A DNA stretch of 64,000 nt from Lama guanicoe (Eukaryota): positions 3,150,677 to 3,214,676 of the forward strand of contig MU054117.1 in NCBI GenBank assembly GCA_013239625.1, in the 5' to 3' direction. Below, one piece after another: positions 49,801 to 62,452 of the stretch. The notes under the pieces were generated by a model that was not told the origin of the DNA, made no database searches, and saw nothing but the letters and a program-made list of their open reading frames with translations. A program made the translations under genes and the position numbers. Each line of letters opens with the position of its first letter. Position 1 is the stretch's first letter.

Positions 49801-50744
49801 AAATCCCGAAGAATTAACAGCAACAACAAAAACCTTCTGGAACTAGTGACTGATTACAGCGAGGCTGCAGAATGCCAGGTCAGTATACAAAAGTCAATTG
49901 CTTTCCGACTTACCAGTCGTGAGTGTCTGGAATTTAAAAGTCAAAAACCCACCCCATGTACATCGTCACCCTGCAGAATGAAGTATAAATCTAATAAAAT
50001 GTAAAAGAGACCTGTATGAGGAAAACTGTGAAAGAAATCAAAGATTATCTAAGGAAGTAGAGCGTTAGCCCACGTTCACAGACAGGAAGACCGCTCAAAT
50101 GTCAAAGTTCTCCCCAAATGAGCTGTAGATTCAACACAGCCTCAGTTAAACTCCGAGCAAACTATTTTGTGGGTCTCTGCAAACGAATTCTAAAGTTTCT
50201 TTGGAAAGGCAAAAGACTCAAGGTAGCCAGCACAACACTGATGAAGAAAGGAATCAGAAGACAGACGCTATTCAGCTTCAGGACTTACTGTGAAGCTACA
50301 GCAATCAGGACTGTGGTGCTGGTGAAAGTGCACACACATTAATCAGTGGAGCAGCATAGGGAGCCCAGAGACAGACCCACACTACACAGTCAACTGATCT
50401 TTGACCAACGACCAATGGCAATTCAATGGAGAGAGGCTAATAGCTTCAACAGATAAGGCTGAGAATGACTGGATATCCACGTGCAAAAATAATAATCTAG
50501 ACACAGACTTTATGCAAAACTATAAAAATTCTAGAAGATAACATGGAGAAGATCTATGTAACATCAGATTTGGCCATGACTTTTATGTACGCCACCAAAA
50601 CACAACCCATGAAAGAAATGTTGGATAAGTTGGACTTCATTAAAAATAAAAACGTCTGTGAAAGACACTGTAGAGAGAATAAAAAGACAAGTCAGAGGCT
50701 GGAAGAAAATCTTTGCCAAACACACATCAGATTTAAAAAAAAAA

Positions 50745-51438
50745 TTTGGTGCAGCCACTGTGGAAAACAGTATGGAGATGCCTCAAAAGACTAGGAATAG
50801 ACTTACCATATGACCCAGTCATCCTGCTCCTGGGCTTGTATCCAGAAAGAACCCTACTTCAAAAAGACACCTGCNNNNNNNNNNNNNNNNNNNNNNNNNN
50901 NNNNNNNNNNNNNNNNNNNNNNNNNNNNNNNNNNNNNNNNNNNNNNNNNNNNNNNNNNNNNNNNNNNNNNNNNNNNNNNNNNNNNNNNNNNNNNNNNNNN
51001 NNNNNNNNNNNNNNNNNNNNNTTGCAGCAACATGGATGCTCCTGGAAAATGTCATTCTAAGTGAAGTAAGCCAGAAAGAGAAAGAAAAATACCATATGAG
51101 ATCACTCATATGTGGAATCTAAAAAATGAAACAAAACCAAACAAAAGATAAATACAAAACAGAAACAGACTCATAGACATAGAATACAAACTTGTGGTTG
51201 CCATGGGGGAGAGGATGGGAAGGGACAGACGGAGATTTCAAAATGTAGACTAGATAAACAAGGTTATACTGTATAGCACAGGGAAATATATATACAAGAT
51301 CTTGTGGTAGCTCACAGCGAAAAAAATGTGACAATGAATATATGTATGTTCATGTATAACTGAAAACTTGTGCTCTACACTGGAATTTGACACAGCATTG
51401 TAGAATGACTATAACTCAATAAAAAAAAGTTAAAAAAA
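50745..51438 (+). mobile_element. Young camelid L1 3' portion with gap 50875-51021
   Basis: LVQPLWKTVWRCLKRLGIDLPYDP (ORF2 C-terminus), 3' UTR, AATAAA and A tail; the host L1 resumes at about 51440. Confidence 0.9.
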
Positions 51439-52699
51439 TCCATTATCTAAAATCTACAAAGAACTCTTAAAACTCTAAGAAAACAAATTATCCAATTAAC
51501 AAATGGGCAGAAGATCTGATGGAAACCTCACCAAAGAAGATACACAAATTTCAAATAAGCATATGAAAAGATGCTCCACATCACAGGTCATCAGGGAACT
51601 GTAATTAATAAAACAGGTGCTGCACACCTATCGGGACGGTTAAAGCCCAAAACACAGACAGCACCACACGCTGGTGAGGGGAGAGCCACTGGGACTCTCA
51701 TTCGTCACTCGTCAGAAGGCAGAACGGTGCAGCCACGTTGTAAGGCAGCCTGGCAGCTTCTGACAAAGCGAAGTGTGATCTTACCAGGCAGTCCAGCATC
51801 GCATACCTCGGTGTTGCCCCAGATGAGCTGAAAACATGCCCACACAAAACACTGTGCACCGAAGTTCACATCAGCTTTACTCATAACTGCCAAATAATGA
51901 GTGTCCTTCAGCAGGTAAATGGACCCACAGTGGCACCCCCGTACAATGGAATATCCTTCAGTGCTAAAAGGAAATGAGTTATCAAGCCGTAAAAAGAAGT
52001 GGAGGCACCTTGAAAGCGTATTGCTACTTGAAAGAAACGAACCTGAAGGACTGCAACTCTGTAACATTCTGGGGGAGGATTGTGCGCATGGTTCCACTGT
52101 GGTCCATCCATCCCACGGAAGGTCACTCGGCAATAAAAAGGAGCAAACTACGGGTATGTTCAACACTGCGTGAATCTCCAGAGAGTGTTGCTGAGCGAAA
52201 AAAAGCCAGTCCCAGAGGGTTATGTAATGTGTGAGTCCATTATATAACGTTCCTGAAACAACAAACACATAGACAGGGAGAACAGATGAGTGGTTAAGGA
52301 GGGACACGAAGGAAGAAAAGGGTAGCAGGAGAAACCCTTATGGCGACGGAAATGATCTGCCTCCTGACCGGATCAGAGTCCTGGCTGCAACACTGCACCG
52401 CAGCGTCGCGAGATGTTACCACTGGGGAACCCGTACACGGGGTATCTGCGTGTTATTTCTTACAACTGCACGTGAATCTATTTTCTCAAATTAAGAAGTT
52501 CAATTAAGATTTTTTTATTAGAAAGTTCTCTCTTAATGAAACGAAGAAGGCTTTTATTTGTAACTACCCTTGCTGTGTCCGTGCGCGACGTTGCTTGTTG
52601 CGAGGACTACACAGGGAGCAGGACCCGTTCTGGTCCTGCTCCTCATTTTTATAGAAGTAATGCTGGGAAAATTTGTTCTCTTAAATACGTTGGAAGGAG

Positions 52700-53790
52700 T
52701 TTTATTATAGCAATATGATTTAACTCTCTGAACTCTTTCCAAGTTCTATGCCAAAAATAACATACTGCTCTATCATCATGGATTATTTTTAATAATCTAT
52801 CAGCTGACAACCCCTTAGGTCCTCCTCTGATATCACTGAAAGCAAAGAATCAGGGAACCTCAGACTTGCAAGCATCTATTATCCAGCCTCACAGTCATTA
52901 ACGTCCTGTGCTGCTGAGAAGTCACCTAAGCTGCTTCACCGAGACGCAGCAAATGATTAATTATCTGTGTTACTCTTTTTCTTAAAGGTACCATCTAATT
53001 CAATATACCTAGAGTAAGATAAATTGGAATATTGTTAATTTAACACGCATTTGCCGAGCCTTTTTTGTAAAAAATTATTCTCTGTTACCATGTGCTTTAT
53101 TTTTATTGTTGTTAGCTTTTAAAAGCTGCAGATTTAACACATTTAATTCATGAATAATATCCACAATTTATCCTAATCATTGCACATGGCCATCATTGTA
53201 GAACTCATCACCCAGAGTAGGTTTATTCCCTGTCCAAAAAAAGCCCCAAACCCAAACCAAAACCAAAAGAATCCACTTAGTCTTCATTTTTCAATGCAAA
53301 TCAATGTGTCTTTATATATCTCCCCATGACAAACAGTCCACGCTCTAATTCTAAAATGATAGACTAGATAGATGATAGATAGATAGATAGACAGATAGGC
53401 AGACAGACAGACAGACAGAGATAGGGCTTGAAATCATACCACGAATTTATCACTTGAATAAAATGAGTCGCCCCCACCTTTAATATTCCCTCCCGTCACT
53501 CACTTTATTTTCATGAGATTCACACGATGGCAACTTGTTCTTTGACGATCACTGGAGGATGGACAGGAAGTCATTAAACAAAAATAATCCCTTTTACTGC
53601 CTCACTGTACAATATATGTGAGTTCAAAATATCCCCCGAATGGATCCGAGTACCCTGTTTCTAATGCTAATGCCATGCTTTGCCCTTAGCAGCACTATTA
53701 ATAAGACAAGGAAAGACACAAAGCTTCAGATATTTATGTTACTTTCATTCATATTTTTAGTTTTCCTTTGATGCCGTGGAGGTTCTCATA
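52700..53790. promoter_or_regulatory. Candidate conserved non-coding element / developmental enhancer block
   Basis: About 1.1 kb AT-rich and TE-free: CAGCTGACA (52801), TGATTAATTA (52954), ATGCAAAT (53294), CCTTTGATG (53765). Confidence 0.5.
53358..53424. repeat. Compound (GATA)n/(GACA)n microsatellite
   Basis: Directly visible. Confidence 0.95.
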
Positions 53791-54594
53791 CTTGGCCTAA
53801 AGGACCCTGGTAAGTTTTGGGATGGATGACAGTTAATCCTTTTTTTTTTTTTTTTGTAAAGTTGGCAAAGAGCTGCAGGCACATGACCAAGCAGATGAGT
53901 TTTAGGGAAGGGCCAGAGTGGGAACTGAGGGTCTGGAAATGCGTTCCCTTAAAGTAGTTCATGCCTGAATACCCCTTGGAAGGTTTTCCTGCCTCTGCAG
54001 GGACAGCCACCCTCCAGCTGGTAAACCGTCGTTCTCCAGTCTTGCAGCCCACTTAGAAGTCGGGATATGGAGACTTTCCACGCCATTTGAGCTTAACGAA
54101 GATCTCTCGCCGTCACCTCACCCCTGTTTGAACCCTGAACAGTGAACATATCTAGTTGGGTGACCAGTGCTGAAACTTATACTTGATGCAATGATGACAT
54201 CCCGAGAAAAGCCAGATATCTTCAGAAGTAACAGTCCGTGAGGAGAGGCCAGGTGGGCACACATAACACAAATGCCCCAAGTGTGAGACGTGGTTAAGAA
54301 TACGGCAAAGCTATTTACACTTCTAATTGGAAGGGAAGTTGGAGACTGTTAGAGGGGGTGAAGGAATTGAAAATATGGGGTCCCGAAGACTGGGGAGGTT
54401 TCAGGAGGGGTGGCATTCATTTCAGACATTCGGAAATGGGTACAGATGAGCTTTGATTGGAGTAAGTAAGGCCAGAGGACTGATGCCTTTTTAAAATGTC
54501 CATAGCTACCTCTTGGGAAATGAAAACTCTTTGCTGTCCTTTCCTATCCACTGGTAGGATTTTGCTTTTGATCCAAACTTTTATTTCAATGATA

Positions 54595-54730
54595 GGGGAG
54601 AGAAGAGGAGAGAGAGAGAAAGAAAGGGAGAGAGAGGAGGACAGAGGGAAGGAGAGAGAAAGAAAGACAAGGAAAAAATGAAAAAAGGAAAGAGGAAGAA
54701 AGTGAGGAAGGGAGGAAGGAAGGAAGACAA
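54595..54730. repeat. GA-rich low-complexity polypurine tract
   Basis: Almost purely A/G for about 135 bp. Confidence 0.9.
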
Positions 54731-55028
54731 GCAATTTGTCACCTCCTTAGAATTTCAGCCCAACTTCTAGACTGGTGGTAGTCAAATGGGTTAATTTATA
54801 CTAAAGTGTCAATGGCTTACAACAGTTATCCACTCCAAAGATCTCTTTTGGCTCAAAGGCTCTGAGAAATGTTGTGTGCATTAAAGGATCAAAGGTTTTG
54901 AAAGGAAGGTTAAAGAAAAAGAATAGGGGAGATGACTGGTCCTCCTCTCTCAGGCAACCCAATCAGGGAAGTCCGCACAGGAGCAATAACTTATTAAGCA
55001 CACCAATAGGGCCAGTAGATACCATCTG

Positions 55029-55042
55029 CCAGTAGATGGCGG
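55029..55042 (+). promoter_or_regulatory. CTCF core motif
   Basis: CCAGTAGATGGCGG fits CCASYAGRKGGCRS at every position. Confidence 0.6.
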
Positions 55043-55689
55043 TCTTCATATTAACTGACTACTCCCTGGAACAGCCCTCCTTTCCACCAGGTTGCATCGG
55101 AAGGGTTGGTTGGCTTAATGTGTAGGTGGAAGAGGAAGCTACCTGCACAGGGCGAGGCGAAGCTCCCCTAGGTGAGATCTCCACCTGCTCAGAATGAACT
55201 CCTCCACAGACCCTGCCATTCGGGTCTAAAATTTACCCAGCCCTTTGGGGGGGGGGGAGCAGATAGCAGGGAGGAAGGGAACTGAGGTTAGTCATTAACA
55301 CTTTAGCAGGAACTAATTTGGTATAATAACTCAGGAGAGAAAGGGTCTTGAAAAAGTGTGACAGAAGACTGGTAAGTTCTAAAAAGAGCATCTGTACAAC
55401 TCTAGTGGTAGTCTAGGTGGGACATGTGTAAGCTGGAGTGGTGTGCAGGCACTGGGCACCTAAGTTATAGAGTTCAAGAAAAAAGGAAAAAGAGGCAGGA
55501 AGAAAAGGATTGGTGGACTGGAACAGATGGATTTTGCCTAAGGTCAGACCGGAACGCCTCACATTGTATCCTTCAGCTCCCATCTCAAGATGAAGAACTG
55601 AAGCCCAGAAGGTTTTCTGAAGAGCCCATAGAACTCCCGATAGCTCAGCTGTGTCCAGAGGCTAGAAAATTTCACCTTCTGTAATGATG

Positions 55690-55865
55690 ATTACGGAAAT
55701 GATAATATCATTAACCCACACTCGCAGAGCCATCCCGTGGTGTCAGGTGCCGTGTTTCACATGCCTGATCTCATTCGATAATTACGATGTCCCTGTAAGG
55801 TGGGTATCGTTATTATCACGTTGACAGGTGAGGAAACGGAGGAGCTGAATGACACACCTGGGGAC
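55690..55865 (-). mobile_element. MIR
   Basis: CCCTGTAAGGTGGGTATCGTTATTATCACGTTGACAGGTGAGGAAACGGAGG. Confidence 0.8.
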
Positions 55866-56506
55866 CTGAGAATTTAATCACTGGGGAGTGGGGCGGGAAG
55901 GGGGCTGCCTCCTTAGACTGACCAGCCACCCAGAGGGTCAGGTTCCCCCATACGGAGGCTCTGAGGCAGAGGTGGGGGGATTTTCCGGCAGGAATGCTGG
56001 AAAGGAGACTTTGTTAGACTGAATAAATGAATAAATGAATGAATGCTAGAGATAAGTGTAGACTGAGGTGTCCAGGAAGAATTCCTGCTGGATAGAGACT
56101 CTGAGCTGGTCTGGGGTGAATGCGTGGATTTTGGACATCATCATTATTTCCATCTCATTATTCTGGGAGATTTGATATCCAGCATAATGAGCTACCATTT
56201 ACTGAATACTTGCTATGTGGGAGGCATTGTTTGGAGCACTCTTTGCCCATGTTGTATGTTCCAGAGAGCATATTTGGACTAGCTTGTAAGTCAATCTGAA
56301 ATAATTTTCTGCATTCAAAAAAAAAAACGGTTTTGACACATTCTTGTGGTGGAAGTCAACCATTGTTCCAGCGATGCTCTGAACAGCTGCGGTCCAGCGG
56401 ACGCTCCTCCCGCCTGCTGCAGAAGCAGCTGGCGGGTTAACAGAGACCACCCCAGACCCTGCCGCTACCAGCAGCTGCTGGAGCGGATGGAAATTCTGCT
56501 GCCCGT

Positions 56507-56548
56507 TGAGATGAGATGAGATGAGATGAGATGAGAGGCAGATGAGAT
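56507..56548. repeat. (TGAGA)6 pentanucleotide microsatellite with degenerate tail
   Basis: Directly visible. Confidence 0.95.
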
Positions 56549-56951
56549 CGGGGAGGGGGGGGTGCGACATGGCCACTGGGATGACCTGTGTGTGCGCAAA
56601 GTAATGTGGAGGAAGTTTTTTAATCCCTCAAGGGCAACCAGTCAGCATGGCTGGGACGAGAAGGCTTCGAGTTGTAGCAAGAACCTGCTGTGCTGTCCCT
56701 GCAGCCTGGTCCCATGAGAGCCACCCAGCTGCGGGGCGGGGAGGACTACGGGCTTAGTGTCAGTATGCCCTCAGTCTGCACACTTTCCTCAGCCCCTTGT
56801 GAGGCTGCAAAGCCAAATTCTTAGCTTGGTAGAATGGCGGAGTGAGAAGAAGCCATAGAGATTATTACACCAAGCCCCTCTTTTGAGGGAGCCCCGAGGG
56901 ACATTGTCTTGCCCTGGGCCACAGGGCCAGCTGATGGTCCCTGAGAGTCAC

Positions 56952-56980
56952 GCATTCTTGTGTCAAGCATTCTTGTGTCA
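56952..56980. repeat. Tandem duplication of GCATTCTTGTGTCA (15-bp period)
   Basis: Exact copies at 56952 and 56967. Confidence 0.9.
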
Positions 56981-57039
56981 GTTTTATTCTAAACAGGTTC
57001 TTGTAGTATGATTACCGGCACTTCTGTCGTCTTTGTCTT

Positions 57040-57310
57040 CTTTCAAACAGCAGTAATTAATGTGTAATTAACAAATGATGCCATTATTAATATTGTCATC
57101 GCTTGAGCAATTCTCTCAGACTTGGTGCAAAGCGTTTTACTTAACATGATTGTTAACACTCGGGATGCTGTGTTTTAATTTATTCAGAAAGATGGAAGTT
57201 TCAGGTCGAAAATAACATCAACTAAGGGGAACACCTTGCAGAAATTATCATTTTTCTATGACTTAAGACGTACTTAATTAGTCTAAAACACAAAAACCAA
57301 ACCAAACACG
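57040..57310. promoter_or_regulatory. Candidate homeodomain-site enhancer
   Basis: GTAATTAA twice (57053, 57064), TGTCA, TTAATTAG (57274). Confidence 0.45.
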
Positions 57311-57334
57311 ATGTTTTCTCAGGCGGTAGCCCCT

Positions 57335-57490
57335 TAGAGTAGAAAATCCTCAGGCTTTGGAAACAGAAGACTTGTGTTCTGATCCAGAGACTAGATTCCA
57401 CTGTCTCCTAAGTGTGTGACCTCAGGCGAGGCGCTTCACCTCTCCACAACACTCCCCCATCTTTAATTTGGGAATAATAAGACGGAATCC
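57335..57490 (+). mobile_element. MIR
   Basis: GTGTGTGACCTCAGGCGAGGCGCTTCACCTCTC. Confidence 0.7.
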
Positions 57491-60060
57491 ATACGCTTTG
57501 GACCGTGTTCCCCAGCCATTCTGGCCACAACAACTCAGTCCGGAGACAAGACCGTGCAGTCTCCTACTGCCGAATGCCAGCTGCTTGGAGGTCAGGCTGG
57601 TGACCATGGCCAAGGGGACTCTCTAGGCTGCCAAGTCGCTAAGATATCGGGGCCTCTGGCAGGACATTTGAACGTGAGATACTGAGGGGGCACAAAGAGG
57701 GAGGTGGTCCAGGAGCTTAGAGACAGAGGTGGGGGAGCCAGAGAAGCTGCAAGTAAACAGGACCGTCCTGACTCAGGAGGGTGGAGGGAAAAGCCGTCAC
57801 CCGGCAACCACGCTGGAGATGGACGGTTCAGAGAAGACGCGAGGAATTCGGAGAGAGAAGGTAGTGCTGGGACGCGGAGGCGGAGAAGCCCCAGCAGGTG
57901 GACGTGGAGGAAGGTGGAAGGGGTGAGGAGTGGTGAACAGCAGCCGGAGGAGCGGCGGCCGGTGGGGAGGGGCCGCTGTACAGGAGGGGCGAGGCCCGGA
58001 CTTGCCTCGGGGCCCCTCCAGCTGCTGTGGCCCCGAGGCCCCCCACGGGCTGCACATCCTCCAGCCTCGCGGCGGTTTCTGCCTGCTGTTTTTCCGACAG
58101 AGTTCCAGGCAGGGTATCTGTGTAGAGATAAACAGAGAAGAACTAAAACGTGGCTTCCCCCCCGGGAGTGCCTCATCTCCCCGCTCATAAAAGTGGAGCT
58201 AACAGAGACCACACAAAAGAGAGTCGAGTGGCTCAGCCCACAGGCTTCGGAGCCCAGCAGAAACGGGCTTCACTCCGAGCTCTGCCGTCTGCTGACTGTG
58301 TAATCTTGGAAGAATTTCTTGATCTCGCTAAGGCTTCTCATGGTCCTCCGTCAAGCGGGGACCGTGACAGGGCCATGCACAGGGGAGCCAGGGGATTACA
58401 TGGGACAGAGCGGCTTTCAGGATCAGAGCTCCTGAGCTCAGCGGGCCTCTCCGCCTCGCCACCGCTGTCCTGACGCACGTTCCTCCGGGGCTCCTGTGTG
58501 CCGGGACCCGGCTCTCCTGCGCTCTGTGAGAGGTGGGGGCAGCAGGGGAGGGAGACAACGTTGGGAGGGCTGTCCCCAGTTACCCCAGGGGAGTCCAGCT
58601 TGATAAAAGGAGAGCCACGCCAGCCCTTTCTGGGTCCCTCGTGAGCCGCCCTTTGCCTCCCCAGCCCCAGCCTCTGCGCGCCGCCACTCTGGGCCAGCGC
58701 GGGACGGGGGACAGGGATGCTCCAGCTGCTAGCAAGTTCCTAGAAAGTCCCATGGAATGGATGTCATGCCTTTGTGGTGAGTCAGCAGCCCCAACAAAGC
58801 CCACTGGTATTTCCGAGTTGGTTCCCAGTGCCCAGAGCTGGGCCCAGCAGCCCGGCAGCTGCGCGGAGTGGAACAGAGCCCACCAGCACTCTGTCCTGGA
58901 TTTGGTGTTTGGGAAAGACGTGTGGCCCCGGAAGTGGGGAAGCCCTCCGAAGGTCATCTCACCCCTGCCCCTGCCTCTGGGCCCAAGTATTTCAAGACAT
59001 GGGTGTTTGGGGGCCCCCTCCAGCCCATCGAGTGTGGGGACCCAGGGACAGGAAGACGGCATCTCATTTCCTGTTGTCTCCTTCCTCTCCCTCCAGAAGG
59101 GCTGCAGGACGGAGTCGGGGCGGGGGAGAGGAACACGGAGAAAGTACAGCTCAGCCCTCAGGGTGTCTCCGCCCCCCCACCTTTCTCCTTCCCCTTCTTT
59201 CTTGCTATCCAGGCCAGCCCACCGCTGCTTCTTCATCCTTCCAGAGCTCAAATCAAAGCCTGTCACAGCCCCGGTTCCTGGAAGCTCCGGGCTGCAGGGC
59301 TGTCCTGACTCTGAGAACCGTGGCGGGGGGTCTCGGTGACTGAGTGCCCGCCTCCCGGGCAGGTGCCGGGCCTGCGCCTTCTGCCTGAGCCCATCGGGCT
59401 GTCACAGCAACCCTGTGGGAGGTGGCATCACCCCATCTTTCCCAACCACAGCAAACTTCAACAACTCCATCAGGGTCCCACAGCCGGACTCCCACTGCCT
59501 GGGCGACCCTCTGGAACCTCCAGACTGATTTTCAAGGGCCAGCAGCTGCAGCTGTGCCCTGCTCCTGAGCTGCCTTCCATCCAAAATGAAAGCGCACCAG
59601 GATCTCAGGCCACGAGCCCCCGCGGGAAGACCTCCCAGCATCCTCTCCAAACGGTGAGGCTGGTCTCCCAGCATCATTTAAGGAGAGCGGACACCTCCTG
59701 GAGCACCGCCCTGGGCAGGAGCGAGTCCTCTGCAGGCACAGCCTGCAGGCCTTTCTGAGCATCCTGGGGCGGAAGCAGTACCCCTGGGGGTAGCTGTTTT
59801 GGGGGGAGTCCAGGTGTCCTATAAACAGACTGAGTGCTTGGATGGACCAGCTCAGAAAAGCTGATTCCTGCGAGCACACAGTCGCCTGCGGTCAGGGGGA
59901 CGATCTCCAACTGCCTCTCGTTCCTGGGCCAGCAGCCAGCTGCCTTGGATGGTCAGAGGTGAAGTCTGAGCGCCGGTGAATGGGAGAGGGAAGCTGGGTC
60001 GGGCTGAGCTAAGCCCATTCATGAAAAAGATCTGGTCTCACTTCCTCATTGCCAGGAGTA

Positions 60061-60110
60061 GCGTGTGTACGTGTGTGCCTCTGCGTGTGTGCGCGCGTGC
60101 GTGCGTGTGC
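60061..60110. repeat. Alternating purine-pyrimidine (TG/CG) tract
   Basis: GCGTGTGTACGTGTGTGC...GCGTGTGTGCGCGCGTGCGTGCGTGTGC. Confidence 0.85.
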
Positions 60111-60294
60111 CCTTCCTTGCTTTCTGCCTCGCTGCTTCCCACCCCTGCTCTTTTCTTTCTGTTTTTTTTTCCTCCCTCCACAAAATCTAAAGTTCAACTT
60201 CAGGAAACTGCCAAAGAATGTGAAGCTGCTCTGTGGTTTGAAAAAAAAAAAAAAGAAAGGAAGGAAGGACGGGAGATTCCTACAAAGGCAATAC

Positions 60295-60403
60295 NNNNNN
60301 NNNNNNNNNNNNNNNNNNNNNNNNNNNNNNNNNNNNNNNNNNNNNNNNNNNNNNNNNNNNNNNNNNNNNNNNNNNNNNNNNNNCACACACACACACACAC
60401 ACA
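60295..60403. repeat. (CA)n microsatellite, mostly hidden in gap 60295-60383
   Basis: About (CA)10 visible after the gap. Confidence 0.8.
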
Positions 60404-60689
60404 CTCACGGCATTCAGCATCATGGTGATGGAAGGGTAAACGCATGGTTTCCAGCCTGCCCTCTGCCCCCAGCAGGTGTCCTTCTGTCTTGAGGTGGAGG
60501 AGGGTGAGCCCTGGTGGAGGGTCCAACAGGTCGTACGTGGAGCAGGCGGTCAGGGCTGACCCAAGGTGGGATTTTCTGAAGTTTAACTCAAGGCCTTCCC
60601 ACTAGGGAGACATTCACTGCTAGGTGCCACCTCAGTGGTCTGTGTGGTCCCCTGCCGGGCCTCACCTCTTCTGAGCTTTCAGAAAGCTG

Positions 60690-60830
60690 CTGTGCAGCTG
60701 TGAGCCTGGGGCCACATACCCTCCCGGAGCCTCAGTCTTCTTATCTGTAAAGTGGGGATGATAATAATAGTTCCCTCTTCACAGGGCTGCTGCGATGTTT
60801 AAGATAAAACACGAGAAAGGCTTACTTTGC
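60690..60830 (+). mobile_element. MIR
   Basis: GAGCCTCAGTCTTCTTATCTGTAAAGTGGGGATGATAATAATAG. Confidence 0.85.
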
Positions 60831-62234
60831 GTGGTCCGCAGTGATGGGCAATGCACCCTGGGGTTGCTGACCACCTTGGGGGCGGGGACGCACTGCACCT
60901 GGAGACGGTCTTCTCTGTTTCCAGCAACGCCGTGAAGACCACCAGCCTTGGGAGGGATGAGGGCGCCTCCTTCGCGCCTGTAGAAACAGAAACTGGAAGA
61001 CCACCGAGAAGAAACGCGTGCCCGTCTTGATTTGACACGCCCTCTGATTCACAGGGGCCTCGTGGCCACTCACGTGAGAATAAAGAGGTAGCTCAGGAAA
61101 GGAGATCAAACCAAAGGCTCCCGGTGATTAACCGGTGCCCGAGGCAGTTTTCAGTTTCTTCTCTCAGTCTCTGCAACCACACTGAATTCACAGTGACGGG
61201 GCGGGGGAGGTGCACCTGCCCCCACAGTCGTTGGGGGGCCCCCTTGGTGGCACCGCAGGTGGAAGGGCCCGGAGGTACTTTCCTTGCCTGCGCCTGCGGA
61301 GACAGCCCCTGGGGTAGTTCCTGAAGCACTGTGGTGAGGAATCTTGCTCGTGAAGTCCTCCCAGGGAGGGAGTAAAGTCATCTGGGCAGGAGTTGGTATT
61401 CTCCCCATTTCACAGATGGAAAAGCGGATGCCAGGGGCATCCTGCTGGTGAAGTTGGAAGGTCCTGGGAACTCCGGGCTGCTATCCCTGATGTCAGGTTT
61501 TCTCTGAGCGGCACAGATGACCCCAAGAGCTATTCGCAGCCTCTCCTGTCCCAAGGTGCTCTTTGCTGAGTTGGGCAAGGGCTTCTAACCGCCCTCCGAA
61601 TTCCCTCTCAAGGGGCTCCCCTGGGAGGCAGGCCATCCCATCTCCTGCCCTTGGTCTGATTTGCCCCTCGGCTTGGCCGTGCAGCTAACATTCACCGGTG
61701 GTTCCTGGAACTTCAGGGCACAGGCGCTCCAAGCTGCAGACCCAGGTAGAGAAAGATGGGTTCCCAACGACGGACTCTCTTTCACCGCCTTCGCTTCCTT
61801 CCCTCTCCCTTCCCCGCCGTGTTGCCAAGCTATCCGATGGCGGTGAGAGAGAGGAAACATCTGGTCTGGGCTCCTCCGCCTGCCTGTCAGGGGCTCATAG
61901 GGAGAGATGGTTGGAGGTCTTGCAACCTTGAAATAAACCAACGGTTTGGTTGCAGGGCTCCACCACCGCAGTCCCTTCCTCTTCCCCCACCTGAATCCTG
62001 TCCATCCTCCCAGCAACAACCCCCCACCTCCAACCCCCATCCCCAGCACCCCCAGCTGGCTGCGGTTGTTGCCACTTCCAGAAACCAGAGATCCGTGGCC
62101 AAAGTGGGGGCCCCGGGACGTCTCTGCCAAGACAAGAAAGATACTGATGATCACAGGGCCAGGGTGGAGTGGCTCTCGACACACTTGCAAACTACCTAAA
62201 TGTAGTCTTCCTCCAAAGCCCCTCTTTTCCATCT

Positions 62235-62452
62235 GTCTTTTATGGAGCATTCCCTCTGTGCCAGACACTTACACAAATTATTTTATTTAATCATCATCAT
62301 GACCCTGCGAGGTAAGTATTCACCTCCGTCTTATGGGTGACAGAGAAAAGCACAGAGAGGTTAAGTAACTTGGCTGAGGTCACGCAGCTGTGAAGTGGGA
62401 GAGCTCAAATTCAAACCTGATCAGACTCTAAAGCTCACGTTTTCAGCACCTA
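62235..62452 (-). mobile_element. MIR (well preserved)
   Basis: GCACAGAGAGGTTAAGTAACTTGGCTGAGGTCACGCAGCT. Confidence 0.9.

Larger units (their letters stand above)
46690..52510 (+). mobile_element. Nested LINE-1 block with decayed ORF2 (outer L1MD-like, inner L1MC-like, innermost young L1)
   Basis: ORF2 peptides SFYEASIIIIPKPDKD...ENYRPI (47719..47946), GFIPEMQGWFNI (48004..48252), and RT motif FADD near 49773; many stops and frameshifts. Confidence 0.95.

Noticed and set aside
57592-59343. Several ~190-270-aa ORFs on both strands
   Set aside because: Mutually overlapping, low-complexity GC-rich translations without coding-like features
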